Shown here: positions 51,024-59,676 of the stretch, in pieces
Numbering within the stretch: position 1 is the first letter of the stretch
Layout of the letters: each line of letters starts with the position of its first letter
Assembly (NCBI GenBank): GCA_964512925.1
Contig: CAZEKH010000001.1
Location: 136,226-200,225, forward strand
DNA from: an uncultured Candidatus Saccharibacteria bacterium
GTDB lineage: Bacteria; Patescibacteriota; Doudnabacteria; UBA920
Length of the DNA: 64,000 bases
Direction: 5' to 3'
The notes under the pieces: model-generated
What the model saw: only the letters and a program-made list of their open reading frames with translations
Told to the model about the DNA's origin: nothing
The model's database searches: none
Program-made: the position numbers and the translations under genes

Positions 51024-52142
51024 ATGTTTAATTTAAAAATTCAAAAAAACACACCTGAACTAGTTACTTCTCCGTCGTTTTTTACCCGCCTTGTTGAAGG
51101 TTCCATCTCCCGCTCGGAGCAGGTGCAGTTTGCAAAGAGGCTGGCTTTTTTGATGCGCGCGGGAGTGCCGATTTTAGAGAGCCTGCAGATTTTGGCCGGG
51201 CAGTCTAAGACTAAAGGCGGCAAAAAAATGTTAGAGAATTTGGTGTCAGAAGTTTCCAACGGGCATTTTTTGTCTACCGCAATGGCTAAGTTTTCTTCCG
51301 TGTTTGGTGACTTTGCGGTCAACATTGTCAAAGTCGGGGAACAGGCTGGCATCTTGCCTGAGAATTTAAACTATTTGGCGGAGGAGCTGAAAAAAAAGCA
51401 GGCGCTGAGAAAAAAAGTGATGGGCGCTTTGTTTTACCCGATATTTATAGTGGTGGCCACGCTTTTGTTGGTGGGACTTTTAACTGTCGTGGTGTTTCCT
51501 AAAGTTTTACCCATCTTTACCAGTATCAATGTGCCTTTGCCTGTTAGCACAAAAATTCTAATGTCAGTCAGCCGGTTTCTCATAGCTTATGGATTTTGGG
51601 TGTTGATTTTGATATTGATTTTTCCCTTCGCTCTTTTGTTTTTATCCCGCTTGCCTAAAGTCAAAGCCTGGCTGGATAAAGTTTTGCTGAAAATTCCGTT
51701 AGCCGGTAGCATTGCCCAGAACTATTATTTGGCTAACTTTTGCCGGACTATGGGACTGCTACTCAAAGGCGAGTCGCGCCTTGACGAAGCTTTGCAGACT
51801 TCCGCGCGTACCACGCAAAATATGGTTTACAGAAAGCAGCTGGAAAACCTGGCGCAGACTGTAGCGAAAGGCAGTAGGATGTCCGAGTATATGCTGAAAA
51901 ACAAAAAATATTTTCCGGATATGGTGTCTCATATGTTGGCCGTGGGGGAAACCGCGGGCAACCTAAGCGAGAGTTTTATGTATCTGGCGGATATGTACGA
52001 AACCGAGGTAGATGACCAGACAAAAAATTTATCTACTCTCATTGAGCCGGTTTTGATGGTGTTTATGGGCCTGTTGGTCGGTTTTGTTGCGATTTCCATC
52101 ATCACCCCAATTTATTCGGTTACCCAGAAATTACATCCATAA
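51024..52142 (+). CDS. Type IV pilus platform protein (PilC/GspF family)
   Basis: Two T2SSF repeats: AGVPI.ESL, GEQAG.L, ALFYP, GETAG.L, LIEP. Confidence 0.94.
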   Translation: MFNLKIQKNTPELVTSPSFFTRLVEGSISRSEQVQFAKRLAFLMRAGVPILESLQILAGQSKTKGGKKMLENLVSEVSNGHFLSTAMAKFSSVFGDFAVNIVKVGEQAGILPENLNYLAEELKKKQALRKKVMGALFYPIFIVVATLLLVGLLTVVVFPKVLPIFTSINVPLPVSTKILMSVSRFLIAYGFWVLILILIFPFALLFLSRLPKVKAWLDKVLLKIPLAGSIAQNYYLANFCRTMGLLLKGESRLDEALQTSARTTQNMVYRKQLENLAQTVAKGSRMSEYMLKNKKYFPDMVSHMLAVGETAGNLSESFMYLADMYETEVDDQTKNLSTLIEPVLMVFMGLLVGFVAISIITPIYSVTQKLHP

Positions 52143-52144
52143 TG

Positions 52145-52292
52145 CCCCTCTCCGAGCACGGAGACCTGCCCGCCGTGGGCGTTCGGGCGGGGGGTTAGGG
52201 TGAGGTAACAGTGTTTGAATATTAAATAAGCTTAAATTTTATTACCATCGCTTAAACCTCACCCCAGCCCTCTCCCATATAGGAGAGGGAGT
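52145..52292. repeat. REPIN-like unit (two outward-facing CCCTCTCC palindromes plus conserved spacer)
   Basis: About 100 bp near-identical to 52897-52997; related inverted copies at about 48575-48730 and 58890-59027. Confidence 0.85.
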
Positions 52293-52311
52293 AAAAACAT
52301 TTCTGACAATT

Positions 52312-52797
52312 ATGATCAATTCTGCGCAATCTAAAAACGGGTTTACCCAACACCATTTTTTTTTAGAAAAAAATAGTGCTGGGTTTACCCTCATAGAAGT
52401 TTTGGTTTCAATGGGTATACTGGCAATGCTGGGGACTTTGGGACTGGTGTTTGGGTTGGATTTTTATCGGGCGTATGCTTTTAACTCGGAAAGGGATTTG
52501 GCGGTGGGGATTTTACAAAAAGCGCGCAGTCGCAGTTTGGCTAACATTAACCAAACAACTCACGGAGTTTGTATTATAGGTTCTAAATATATTTTGTTTG
52601 AGGGTGCTTTAAATTGCGATCCGAACAATTCAGCCAATGAAGTTTATGATGCAAACCCAGGCGTTTCAAATTCGGGACTACAAATTGTTTTTCAGCAGCT
52701 TTCCGGTAGGCCGAATTCTGTTGGTTCTGTAACATTAACTTCGGGCGTGAGATCTTCGGTTATTAACATTAACGCTGAGGGGATGGTGGAGTGGTAA
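52312..52797 (+). CDS. Prepilin (pilin-like) with duplicated GFT motif
   Basis: NGFT...AG|FTLIEVLV and a hydrophobic helix. Confidence 0.9.
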   Translation: MINSAQSKNGFTQHHFFLEKNSAGFTLIEVLVSMGILAMLGTLGLVFGLDFYRAYAFNSERDLAVGILQKARSRSLANINQTTHGVCIIGSKYILFEGALNCDPNNSANEVYDANPGVSNSGLQIVFQQLSGRPNSVGSVTLTSGVRSSVININAEGMVEW

Positions 52798-52875
52798 AAT
52801 AATTTAAGATTAAAGATTAAAGATTGAAGATTTAAACAATACGTTTTTATTTTATATGTATGAGTTTTTTCAAAT

Positions 52876-52997
52876 CCCCCTCTCCACTCTCGGAGAGGGT
52901 TAGGGTGAGGTAACAGTGTTTGAATATTAAATAAGCTTAAGTTTTATTACCATCGCTTAAACCTCACCCCTTCCCTCTCCCATATGGGAGAGGGAGT
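52876..52997. repeat. REPIN-like unit, direct repeat of 52145-52292
   Basis: GGGTTAGGGTGAGGTAACAGTGTTTGAATATTAAATAAGCTTAA..TTATTACCATCGCTTAAACCTCACCCC. Confidence 0.85.
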
Positions 52998-53056
52998 GAA
53001 AAATCAAAAAAAATAGGGTTGAGATAATGTAAAAAAAATGCTAAACTAAGGCGCAA

Positions 53057-54526
53057 ATGAAAATATCAGGAAAAAAAATAAATACCCAGGCAGGCGGCAG
53101 CACGGTTGAGCTAATGGTGGCTTTGTTCGTGTTTGTCGTGTGTTTAGCCGGCATCATTGCCGTGGTTTTTGGCAACCAGTTTTTGTCCGTGGATACGGAG
53201 ATGAACGGAACTGCCATAGCCAAAGCCCAGGAGCTTTTGGATGAAAAGCGTAACGACGCAAGAACGAACTTTAACGGCGTGGTAGCCGGGGTTTCTACTG
53301 ACGGACAATTTACTAAGACAGTGGCAGTCAACAATCTTAACCAATGCCAAAAGGAAGTAACAAGTGAAGTTTCCTGGAACGACGGCACACGCTTACAAAA
53401 AGTTTCTTTAACTACTTTGATCAGCAACACTGACGAGCTCGTGGCGGTCAGCGGAGTTTGCTCAAACCAAAATGGTTTTTCTGGCCTTACTTGCCCCAGT
53501 ACATCGTCTTATTCGGATTGGAATTTTACTTTGCCTGGCGGCGGGACAGTTAAGTCTATGTTTGTGACTAGTAGAATTGTAAGTCTGGCGGTAGACCCTT
53601 CCGGCACGGCAATAACAGATTTTGACTATCTTAGGTTTACAGTTTCTTCTGGTTTAGTATTTAACAATGGAACATTTACAAGAACTCCTTCCGGCGTACG
53701 CACTTCGTCCGGCGGTTTAAACGGCGTAACATATGACAACTCAAAAACTTATGCGTATGGCGCTGGCAAGTGGAGTGGCGCAGGACAAGTGCAGATCATC
53801 AATGCCGACGCAACAAGACCAGGGGGAATGTATGCCATAGCCTTTGTCCTCGATAGTAACACTCAGGACGCTTTAAGCATATTTTTTAGGGACAATAAAA
53901 TTTACATAGGGACAAAAAATAACCCCTCAGGTCCTGAGCTTTATATCATCGACGTTACGAGCCCGGAGTCAGCTCAGATTTTAGCTACCAAAGAGATTGG
54001 CGCGGATGTAAAAAAGATTGTTGTTAGGGGGAGTTTGGCTTACTTAGCAACTTCGGACCCAAGCGCGGAAGCGCGGGTTTATGATATTGGGCAAGTCAAA
54101 AGTATTGCTTTGCCAGGCGTGATCAATTTTGTTGGAAATTTCAATGCCAGTTTGCTTTCCGGTGCCAACAGTTTGGCGGTTTTGGGCGCTACTGTGTTTT
54201 TGGGCGGCAGTGGCGCAAATAATTTTTATGAAATAAATACTTTAAACGCTTCTTCAATGTCTGAGATTACGCATCAACCGATAGGCGGGAGCATAAACGA
54301 CCTTTCCGCCAGCGGCAACCTGGCATATCTCGCCACTGACGGCGCCAATGTTTCAGGCAAGGAGCTTGAACTGTTAAATTACGCGGATATAAGTAGTCCT
54401 CAAACCTGTGCCATTGGTTCGGAAGACTTGCCAGCCTCGGCTTCGGCCGTGGTGTTAGATGGGGGATGGGTGTATGTGGGAATGAATGCTTCAAACAAAC
54501 CGTTGAGGATATATAAGTTTCAGTAG
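53057..54526 (+). CDS. Minor pilin-like protein with C-terminal LVIVD-like beta-propeller
   Basis: G|GSTVELMVAL N-terminus; ELYIIDVTSP, LAYLAT repeats. Confidence 0.8.
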   Translation: MKISGKKINTQAGGSTVELMVALFVFVVCLAGIIAVVFGNQFLSVDTEMNGTAIAKAQELLDEKRNDARTNFNGVVAGVSTDGQFTKTVAVNNLNQCQKEVTSEVSWNDGTRLQKVSLTTLISNTDELVAVSGVCSNQNGFSGLTCPSTSSYSDWNFTLPGGGTVKSMFVTSRIVSLAVDPSGTAITDFDYLRFTVSSGLVFNNGTFTRTPSGVRTSSGGLNGVTYDNSKTYAYGAGKWSGAGQVQIINADATRPGGMYAIAFVLDSNTQDALSIFFRDNKIYIGTKNNPSGPELYIIDVTSPESAQILATKEIGADVKKIVVRGSLAYLATSDPSAEARVYDIGQVKSIALPGVINFVGNFNASLLSGANSLAVLGATVFLGGSGANNFYEINTLNASSMSEITHQPIGGSINDLSASGNLAYLATDGANVSGKELELLNYADISSPQTCAIGSEDLPASASAVVLDGGWVYVGMNASNKPLRIYKFQ

Positions 54527-54585
54527 ATTACATTTTAGATTCCCTCTCCAAGTGTTGGAGAGGGCTAGGGAGAGGTTGAATTATA

Positions 54586-55083
54586 ATGAGTTATAAATTA
54601 CAAAACCAAAATTTAACTCCCCCTAACCCCTCTTTGAAAAAGAGGGGTGAAGAAGCTGGGTTTACCCTGCTCGAGACTTTGCTTTATATCGCCCTCCTGT
54701 CTTTTTTTCTCGCGAGTTTGGTGGGTATCACTTATCAGTCTTTGGATTCAGCCGGGCAGATTGGCCGAAAAATTGCCATTCAGCAGGAAGCTAACTTTAT
54801 ACTTAGAAAAATGGACTGGGCTATAACCGGTGCTTCGGACATCACCGGAACTGCGGATCATTTAACAATCACAAGGACTGTTTCGCCTACTTCAGTTGAA
54901 TTTATCTCAGATACTCTAAACAAAGGTATGGACATCAAAGCCGAGCTTGGCCAGATGAAGTTAAACAGCAGTAACGTCAAAGTGGAAAATGTAAATTTTG
55001 TCATATCCGGCAGTCCGAAAAAAGTCGTAGCCAGTTTTGATATTAACGGAGAAAATTTTAGTTTGACTAGGTATTTGAGGTAA
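54586..55083 (+). CDS. Prepilin (PilW-like)
   Basis: AG|FTLLETLLYIAL. Confidence 0.88.
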   Translation: MSYKLQNQNLTPPNPSLKKRGEEAGFTLLETLLYIALLSFFLASLVGITYQSLDSAGQIGRKIAIQQEANFILRKMDWAITGASDITGTADHLTITRTVSPTSVEFISDTLNKGMDIKAELGQMKLNSSNVKVENVNFVISGSPKKVVASFDINGENFSLTRYLR

Positions 55084-55096
55084 CCGTTAGAGACTT

Positions 55097-55795
55097 ATGG
55101 AATATACTTATATTTTAAAAAGTAAAAAAGACGGTAAAATGTATACAGGTCTGACCAGTGATCTACGGAAGCGTTTTAAGGAGCATAATGAAGGTTTGGT
55201 TCCTTCTACAAAGAATAGAGGGCCATTTAAGATAATTTATTATGAAGCTTGTGTAAATAGACAAGATGCCGCAAGTAGAGAGATTTTTTTAAAAACTGGT
55301 ATGGGAAAGAGATATATAAAAAATCGTTTAAAACGCTTCCTGTCTCTAACGGCTCAAAGAGATAGTGCTAGCACCGTTATAAACAGCTTGCCAAAGTCAA
55401 GCGAAGTTTTTAACGGTGGATATATCGCTTTAACTTCCGTCATCATCGTTTCTTTATTGCTCCTGACTGTCATCACCGCTTTAAGCTCTGTTAACTATTT
55501 TTCCCGTTACAACATATTGGAAAACGAATATAAGGACAGAAGTTTTGCTTTGGCTGAAGGCTGTGTGGATTATGCTATAGGAAGACTGGCGGGAAATAGT
55601 AATTACATCGGTAATGAAACAGTAAACATCGGAGTCGGAACTTGTCAGGTGGCGTCAGTTTCTTCCGGGGCTTTTCCTAAAACTATCAGCACTGTCGGAA
55701 TTTTTCCACCCACGGCTGCAAAAAAAAGTTATACCAAACTTCAGGCAGTTGTAAGTTCAAGTTTCGCCATCAGTTCTTTTATAGAAAATCCATAA
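55097..55795 (+). CDS. Fusion of a GIY-YIG nuclease and a PilX-like prepilin
   Basis: YTYIL.S..DG.MYTG.T.DLRKR..EHN.G and A..RE.FLK.G.G, then G|YIALTSVIIVS TM and ALAEGC. Confidence 0.8.
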   Translation: MEYTYILKSKKDGKMYTGLTSDLRKRFKEHNEGLVPSTKNRGPFKIIYYEACVNRQDAASREIFLKTGMGKRYIKNRLKRFLSLTAQRDSASTVINSLPKSSEVFNGGYIALTSVIIVSLLLLTVITALSSVNYFSRYNILENEYKDRSFALAEGCVDYAIGRLAGNSNYIGNETVNIGVGTCQVASVSSGAFPKTISTVGIFPPTAAKKSYTKLQAVVSSSFAISSFIENP

Positions 55796-55801
55796 ATATG
55801 C

Positions 55802-55988
55802 TTGTCATTCCCTTGGCAAAGGGAATCTTGTACCCTCTCCCTCTCCGAGAGACGGGGATCTGCCCGCCTTGGGCGTTCGGGTGGGGGTAGGGGTGAGGTT
55901 ACGGATTTGATAAAATTAAAGATATTTAAATATGTAATATTAACCCCTGGATCCCGGATATCCCGCGAAGCGGGATTCCGGGATGACA
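55802..55988. repeat. Empty GTCAT-family element containing a nested CCCTCT-family palindrome
   Basis: Right end 55941-55988 is nearly identical to the right end of the GIY-YIG element at 50849-50895. Confidence 0.8.
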
Positions 55989-56112
55989 GCAAAAATTTTT
56001 TGGAAAGATTGAATTTTGAACATTGAATCAAGATATTTCTAAAAAACCAACCGCCTTTACAAAAGGCGGATATAAAATTATAATTAAGCCATAAATATTA
56101 AATCATTAAAAT

Positions 56113-56625
56113 ATGAAAAAGTTTCTTAAAAAATCCCAAGGATTTACATTGATTGAAATCCTGGTAGTCATCGGTATCATCGCGGTGTTGGCAACCATTG
56201 TCATCATCGCCATTAACCCCGCCCGCCAGTTTGCCCAGTCAAGGAACACTCAGAGGACGGCCAATGTCCAGGCAATTTTAAATGCGGTAGGGCAGAGGAT
56301 TGCGGATAACAAAGGTGTGTTTGCCGGCACAGTAGGAGCCCAAACTTGTCCAAATTTAACCACCTCCGGAGCAAATGCCTTAACTGCTGGCACTGCTTAT
56401 AAAATAAAGGCTCCTGCAGTACTGGCAAGTAATGAGATTGATTTATCGTGTCTGGTTACAACTTATATTCCTTCTTTTCCTTATGATCCAAGCGATGCAG
56501 CTGCAGCGTGGACAAGCACAGCCGCTTATAATACCGGGTATACAATAGCAATTGATGCGAGCGGAAGAGCTACGGTAGCCGCGCCTACTGCTGAATTAGG
56601 AACGACTATTTCAATCACCCGCTAA
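56113..56625 (+). CDS. Type IV pilin (likely major)
   Basis: QG|FTLIEILVVIGIIAVLATIVIIAINP. Confidence 0.92.
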   Translation: MKKFLKKSQGFTLIEILVVIGIIAVLATIVIIAINPARQFAQSRNTQRTANVQAILNAVGQRIADNKGVFAGTVGAQTCPNLTTSGANALTAGTAYKIKAPAVLASNEIDLSCLVTTYIPSFPYDPSDAAAAWTSTAAYNTGYTIAIDASGRATVAAPTAELGTTISITR

Positions 56626-56717
56626 AATTTTATTTTATATCCAGCCTCGATGTTTACGGGGCTGGATTTTTTGTTTCAAAAATGGTATAATAGATATGCA
56701 AATTGATAAACTTTATT

Positions 56718-56996
56718 ATGCAAAAAACTTTACCTGCATTTTTAAAACCTGTTGTTTGGTGGGCTAAGTTTGATGATTTGGATATTGAAAAAGACAAGGG
56801 AACTATTATTGCGCACATATTAAATACCGGAGATACAAAGGCCACAGACTGGATGAAATCTGTATATAAAGAACAAGATATTAAACAGGTTTTACTTGAA
56901 AAAAGACCAGGTTTTTGGGATAAAAAATCTTTAAATTTTTGGTCATTGGTTTATGGAGTAATGCCGAATTTTAATCAGATGCGCCAGATAAAATAA
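56718..56996 (+). CDS. Putative antitoxin (DUF6922-like)
   Basis: WW..DDLD.EKD...II..IL..G...W, KSLNFW; directly upstream of an AbiEii gene. Confidence 0.7.
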   Translation: MQKTLPAFLKPVVWWAKFDDLDIEKDKGTIIAHILNTGDTKATDWMKSVYKEQDIKQVLLEKRPGFWDKKSLNFWSLVYGVMPNFNQMRQIK

Positions 56997-56998
56997 CT

Positions 56999-57619
56999 AT
57001 GCATTTAGAAATTTTAGACAAAGAAAAACAAGATTTGTTGCCCCATCTAGTGCTATTTTCTCAGCAATTTTATTTAGCTGGTGGTACGGCTTTAGCTTTA
57101 CAACTTGGCCACAGGAAAAGTGAGGATTTTGATTTTTTTTCACAAACTGAATTTAACGAAAACGAATGGAATATCAAAACTGAAAAAGAATTTTTAAATT
57201 TTGGTTTAAAAAAAGTTACTGCCACTTGGCAGACTTTGGGGTATCATATTGGCGGGCATACCAGTTTAAGTTTGATGTGCTATCCGTACCATTTGCTTGA
57301 GCCGTTCGTAGAAATAAAAGGTTTAAAACTCGCTTCGCTTTTAGACATTGGTTGTATGAAATTGTCAGCCATTGTGTCGCGTTCTACCAGTAGGGATTAT
57401 GTTGACCTGTATATGCTTTTAAATGGGCATTTTGAGTTAGGTTTTTTGCTTGAAAAATGTAAAAAAAAGTTTCCAACTTTGGATACTAACCTCATCATAA
57501 AATCTTTGACTTATTTTGAAGATATGGAAGATAAAAATTTGGATATACTGGATCCTAAAATACCCGATATGAAAAAAATTCAGGAATTTTTTGTGAAAGA
57601 AGTAAAAAAGCTTGTATAA
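56999..57619 (+). CDS. AbiEii/AbiGii nucleotidyltransferase toxin
   Basis: FYLAGGTALALQLGHR.SEDFDFF, DIG.MKL.AI..R...RDYVDLY, KSLTYFED. Confidence 0.9.
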   Translation: MHLEILDKEKQDLLPHLVLFSQQFYLAGGTALALQLGHRKSEDFDFFSQTEFNENEWNIKTEKEFLNFGLKKVTATWQTLGYHIGGHTSLSLMCYPYHLLEPFVEIKGLKLASLLDIGCMKLSAIVSRSTSRDYVDLYMLLNGHFELGFLLEKCKKKFPTLDTNLIIKSLTYFEDMEDKNLDILDPKIPDMKKIQEFFVKEVKKLV

Positions 57620-57790
57620 AATATAAAAAAAAACACCTTTTCACTGTTGTGAAGAGGTGTTTTTTTGTATTGATTTTTTGTTGACATTTGCCGGAAAATG
57701 GAGTAAATTTGTATATTGCGCTAGCCTTTTTCAGCCCCAAGTGCACGGCGGCTGGGAATGGTAATCTAAGGCGCGATTTAGGAGGTTGCC

Positions 57791-58582
57791 ATGACCTATA
57801 AAATGGCAAGGGCGTGTTTGATTGCCCTTATTTTTCTTTCGCTTGTGTGTATCGTACCACAGGCGGAAGCGACAACAATCACCCCGTGGCAGGGGTCAGC
57901 CGCGGGTCGGACATACAACGACCCTGACTTCTCCGACGCCAAGGCCGACGCCTTGGCTAACGGCTTTCAGATCGCGCCCTCAAGCGCGATCACGACACAG
58001 GTGCTGGCCAGCACCTGTGTGTTCGTCATTAACGAGGCGTCCAACGCTCCGACAGCGGGAGAAATCTCCCTACTGGATGCGTGGGTTCGGAGTGGCGGTA
58101 CGTTAGTTGTTACCGCCGATTCCGGTTCAGCTGGGGTTGGATCTGGGAACGCCATCTTTTCGTCTTTGGGCGTTGGCTTGTCATTCGCGGGGATTGCAAC
58201 TCCTGGGGTGATCTTACCGTCGCCGTTCTCAGCAGGAATCGTTGGACAAAGCCTCACAAATTCTCCCGCTTCTGGGGTAACTGGTGGATCAGCCGTTGTT
58301 CAGACGCTGATTCATTATGCCACTCTTGGGCTTGGGATCGTGTTCGGGATGGGAGACGCGAATGTCGCTGCCGCTCATAACGCAGTCGTGGATCAGGTGA
58401 ATTTGGCTTTGGTCAAAAACATCTGCACTGTCGCAGGGTGTGCTGGCAGTACGGGCGGGGGCCCAGGCCCTGATCCGGGTGGGCAGACTCCAGATATGCC
58501 GACTTGGATTTTGGCGGGAACCGGCGGCTTAGGGATTTGGGGTGTCCCTGAGTTTAGACGCCGCCGCCGCTCACGCAAATAA
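57791..58582 (+). CDS. Secreted protein with a divergent PEP-CTERM-like tail
   Basis: AGGAGG RBS, signal peptide AEA, L.AWV.SGG.LVV (GATase-like) segment, TPDMPTWILAGTGGLGIW..RRRRRSRK; promoter TTGACA-17-TAAATT at 57681. Confidence 0.75.
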   Translation: MTYKMARACLIALIFLSLVCIVPQAEATTITPWQGSAAGRTYNDPDFSDAKADALANGFQIAPSSAITTQVLASTCVFVINEASNAPTAGEISLLDAWVRSGGTLVVTADSGSAGVGSGNAIFSSLGVGLSFAGIATPGVILPSPFSAGIVGQSLTNSPASGVTGGSAVVQTLIHYATLGLGIVFGMGDANVAAAHNAVVDQVNLALVKNICTVAGCAGSTGGGPGPDPGGQTPDMPTWILAGTGGLGIWGVPEFRRRRRSRK

Positions 58583-58773
58583 ACCACCGCATAAGACGGC
58601 GAGATAAGCCCTGTCCGCACTAGGGCAGGGTAAAATTAGAAGGAGATTCCATCAACTTTGTCCCCCAAAGAGGGGACGCTTTCAGGCCGGCGCTCAACCA
58701 AGGCGCCGGTTTTTTTATATTCTCTTCTTTTGCGTAAATACCTACAACTTTGCTACGAAATTACTTGCAGTTT

Positions 58774-59088
58774 TCCCTCCCCTTGAGGGGGAGGGTTAGG
58801 GAGAGGTGATGCAGTGAATTTTTTTTCATCCTCGCGACTTGTCCTTCAGCAGTTTGAACGAAGGAGGAATGTGGGGATCTTGGTTTTTTGCCCTCTCCGA
58901 TATCGGAGAGGGTGTCCCGATGAACATCGGGACGGGTGAGATTTGAGCAATGGTGATAAAACATAAGTTTATTTAATTTTCTAACATTGTTACCTCACCC
59001 CTGACCCTCTCCGAAAGCGGAGAGGGGGAAGAGGATGCAAGATTCCCGCTGGAGTTTATCCCGATAAACATCGGGGCGGGAATGACAG
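58774..59088. repeat. Cluster of palindromic elements
   Basis: 58883-59088 matches segments of 48432-48690. Confidence 0.85.
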
Positions 59089-59201
59089 CATTAAATGAAA
59101 AAAACCATAAATTTTGTGCAAAACCAGAGGATAAAGGGTGTATAAAACTCTTTGCAAAACAAGGCTTTTTATGGTAATATAAGTATATTATCAGCAAATT
59201 T

Positions 59202-59576
59202 ATGGTAGATATTACATTAAAAGCAATTGAGCAATTATTAGATCGGAAGTTAGAGCCGATTGTTGTTACATTGGATGCGGTTCAGGAAACAGTATCAGGT
59301 CATACTGAAAAGTTAGATAAATTACAAAAAGTAGTTTCTAACCATACTGAAATATTGGTTAAGCACTCAGAAAAACTTGATAATTTGGAGAAGATGGTTT
59401 CTGGACATACTGAGATTTTAAATTCTCATACTAAAATTTTGGATGGCATTAGCAAACAGCTTGTGGCTTTGTCTCAGGACAAGGCGGCAATGATAGAAAG
59501 ATTGGACAGGCATGAGAAAATCATTGAAGCTTTGGCAGCTAAGTTGAATTTGGACATCAAACATTTTTTTGTATAA
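59202..59576 (+). CDS. Coiled-coil protein with (S/N/G)HT(E/K)(K/I)L heptad repeats
   Basis: VSGHTEKL, VSNHTEIL, KHSEKL, VSGHTEIL, SHTKIL. Confidence 0.75.
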   Translation: MVDITLKAIEQLLDRKLEPIVVTLDAVQETVSGHTEKLDKLQKVVSNHTEILVKHSEKLDNLEKMVSGHTEILNSHTKILDGISKQLVALSQDKAAMIERLDRHEKIIEALAAKLNLDIKHFFV

Positions 59577-59676
59577 GAAATTAGAAGAAAGTTTTTAAAT
59601 ATTAAAGTTTGTTACCTCACCCCAACCCTCTCCGAAAACGGAGAGGGGGTTTGGCCAGAAAATTAACAGAAACAAA

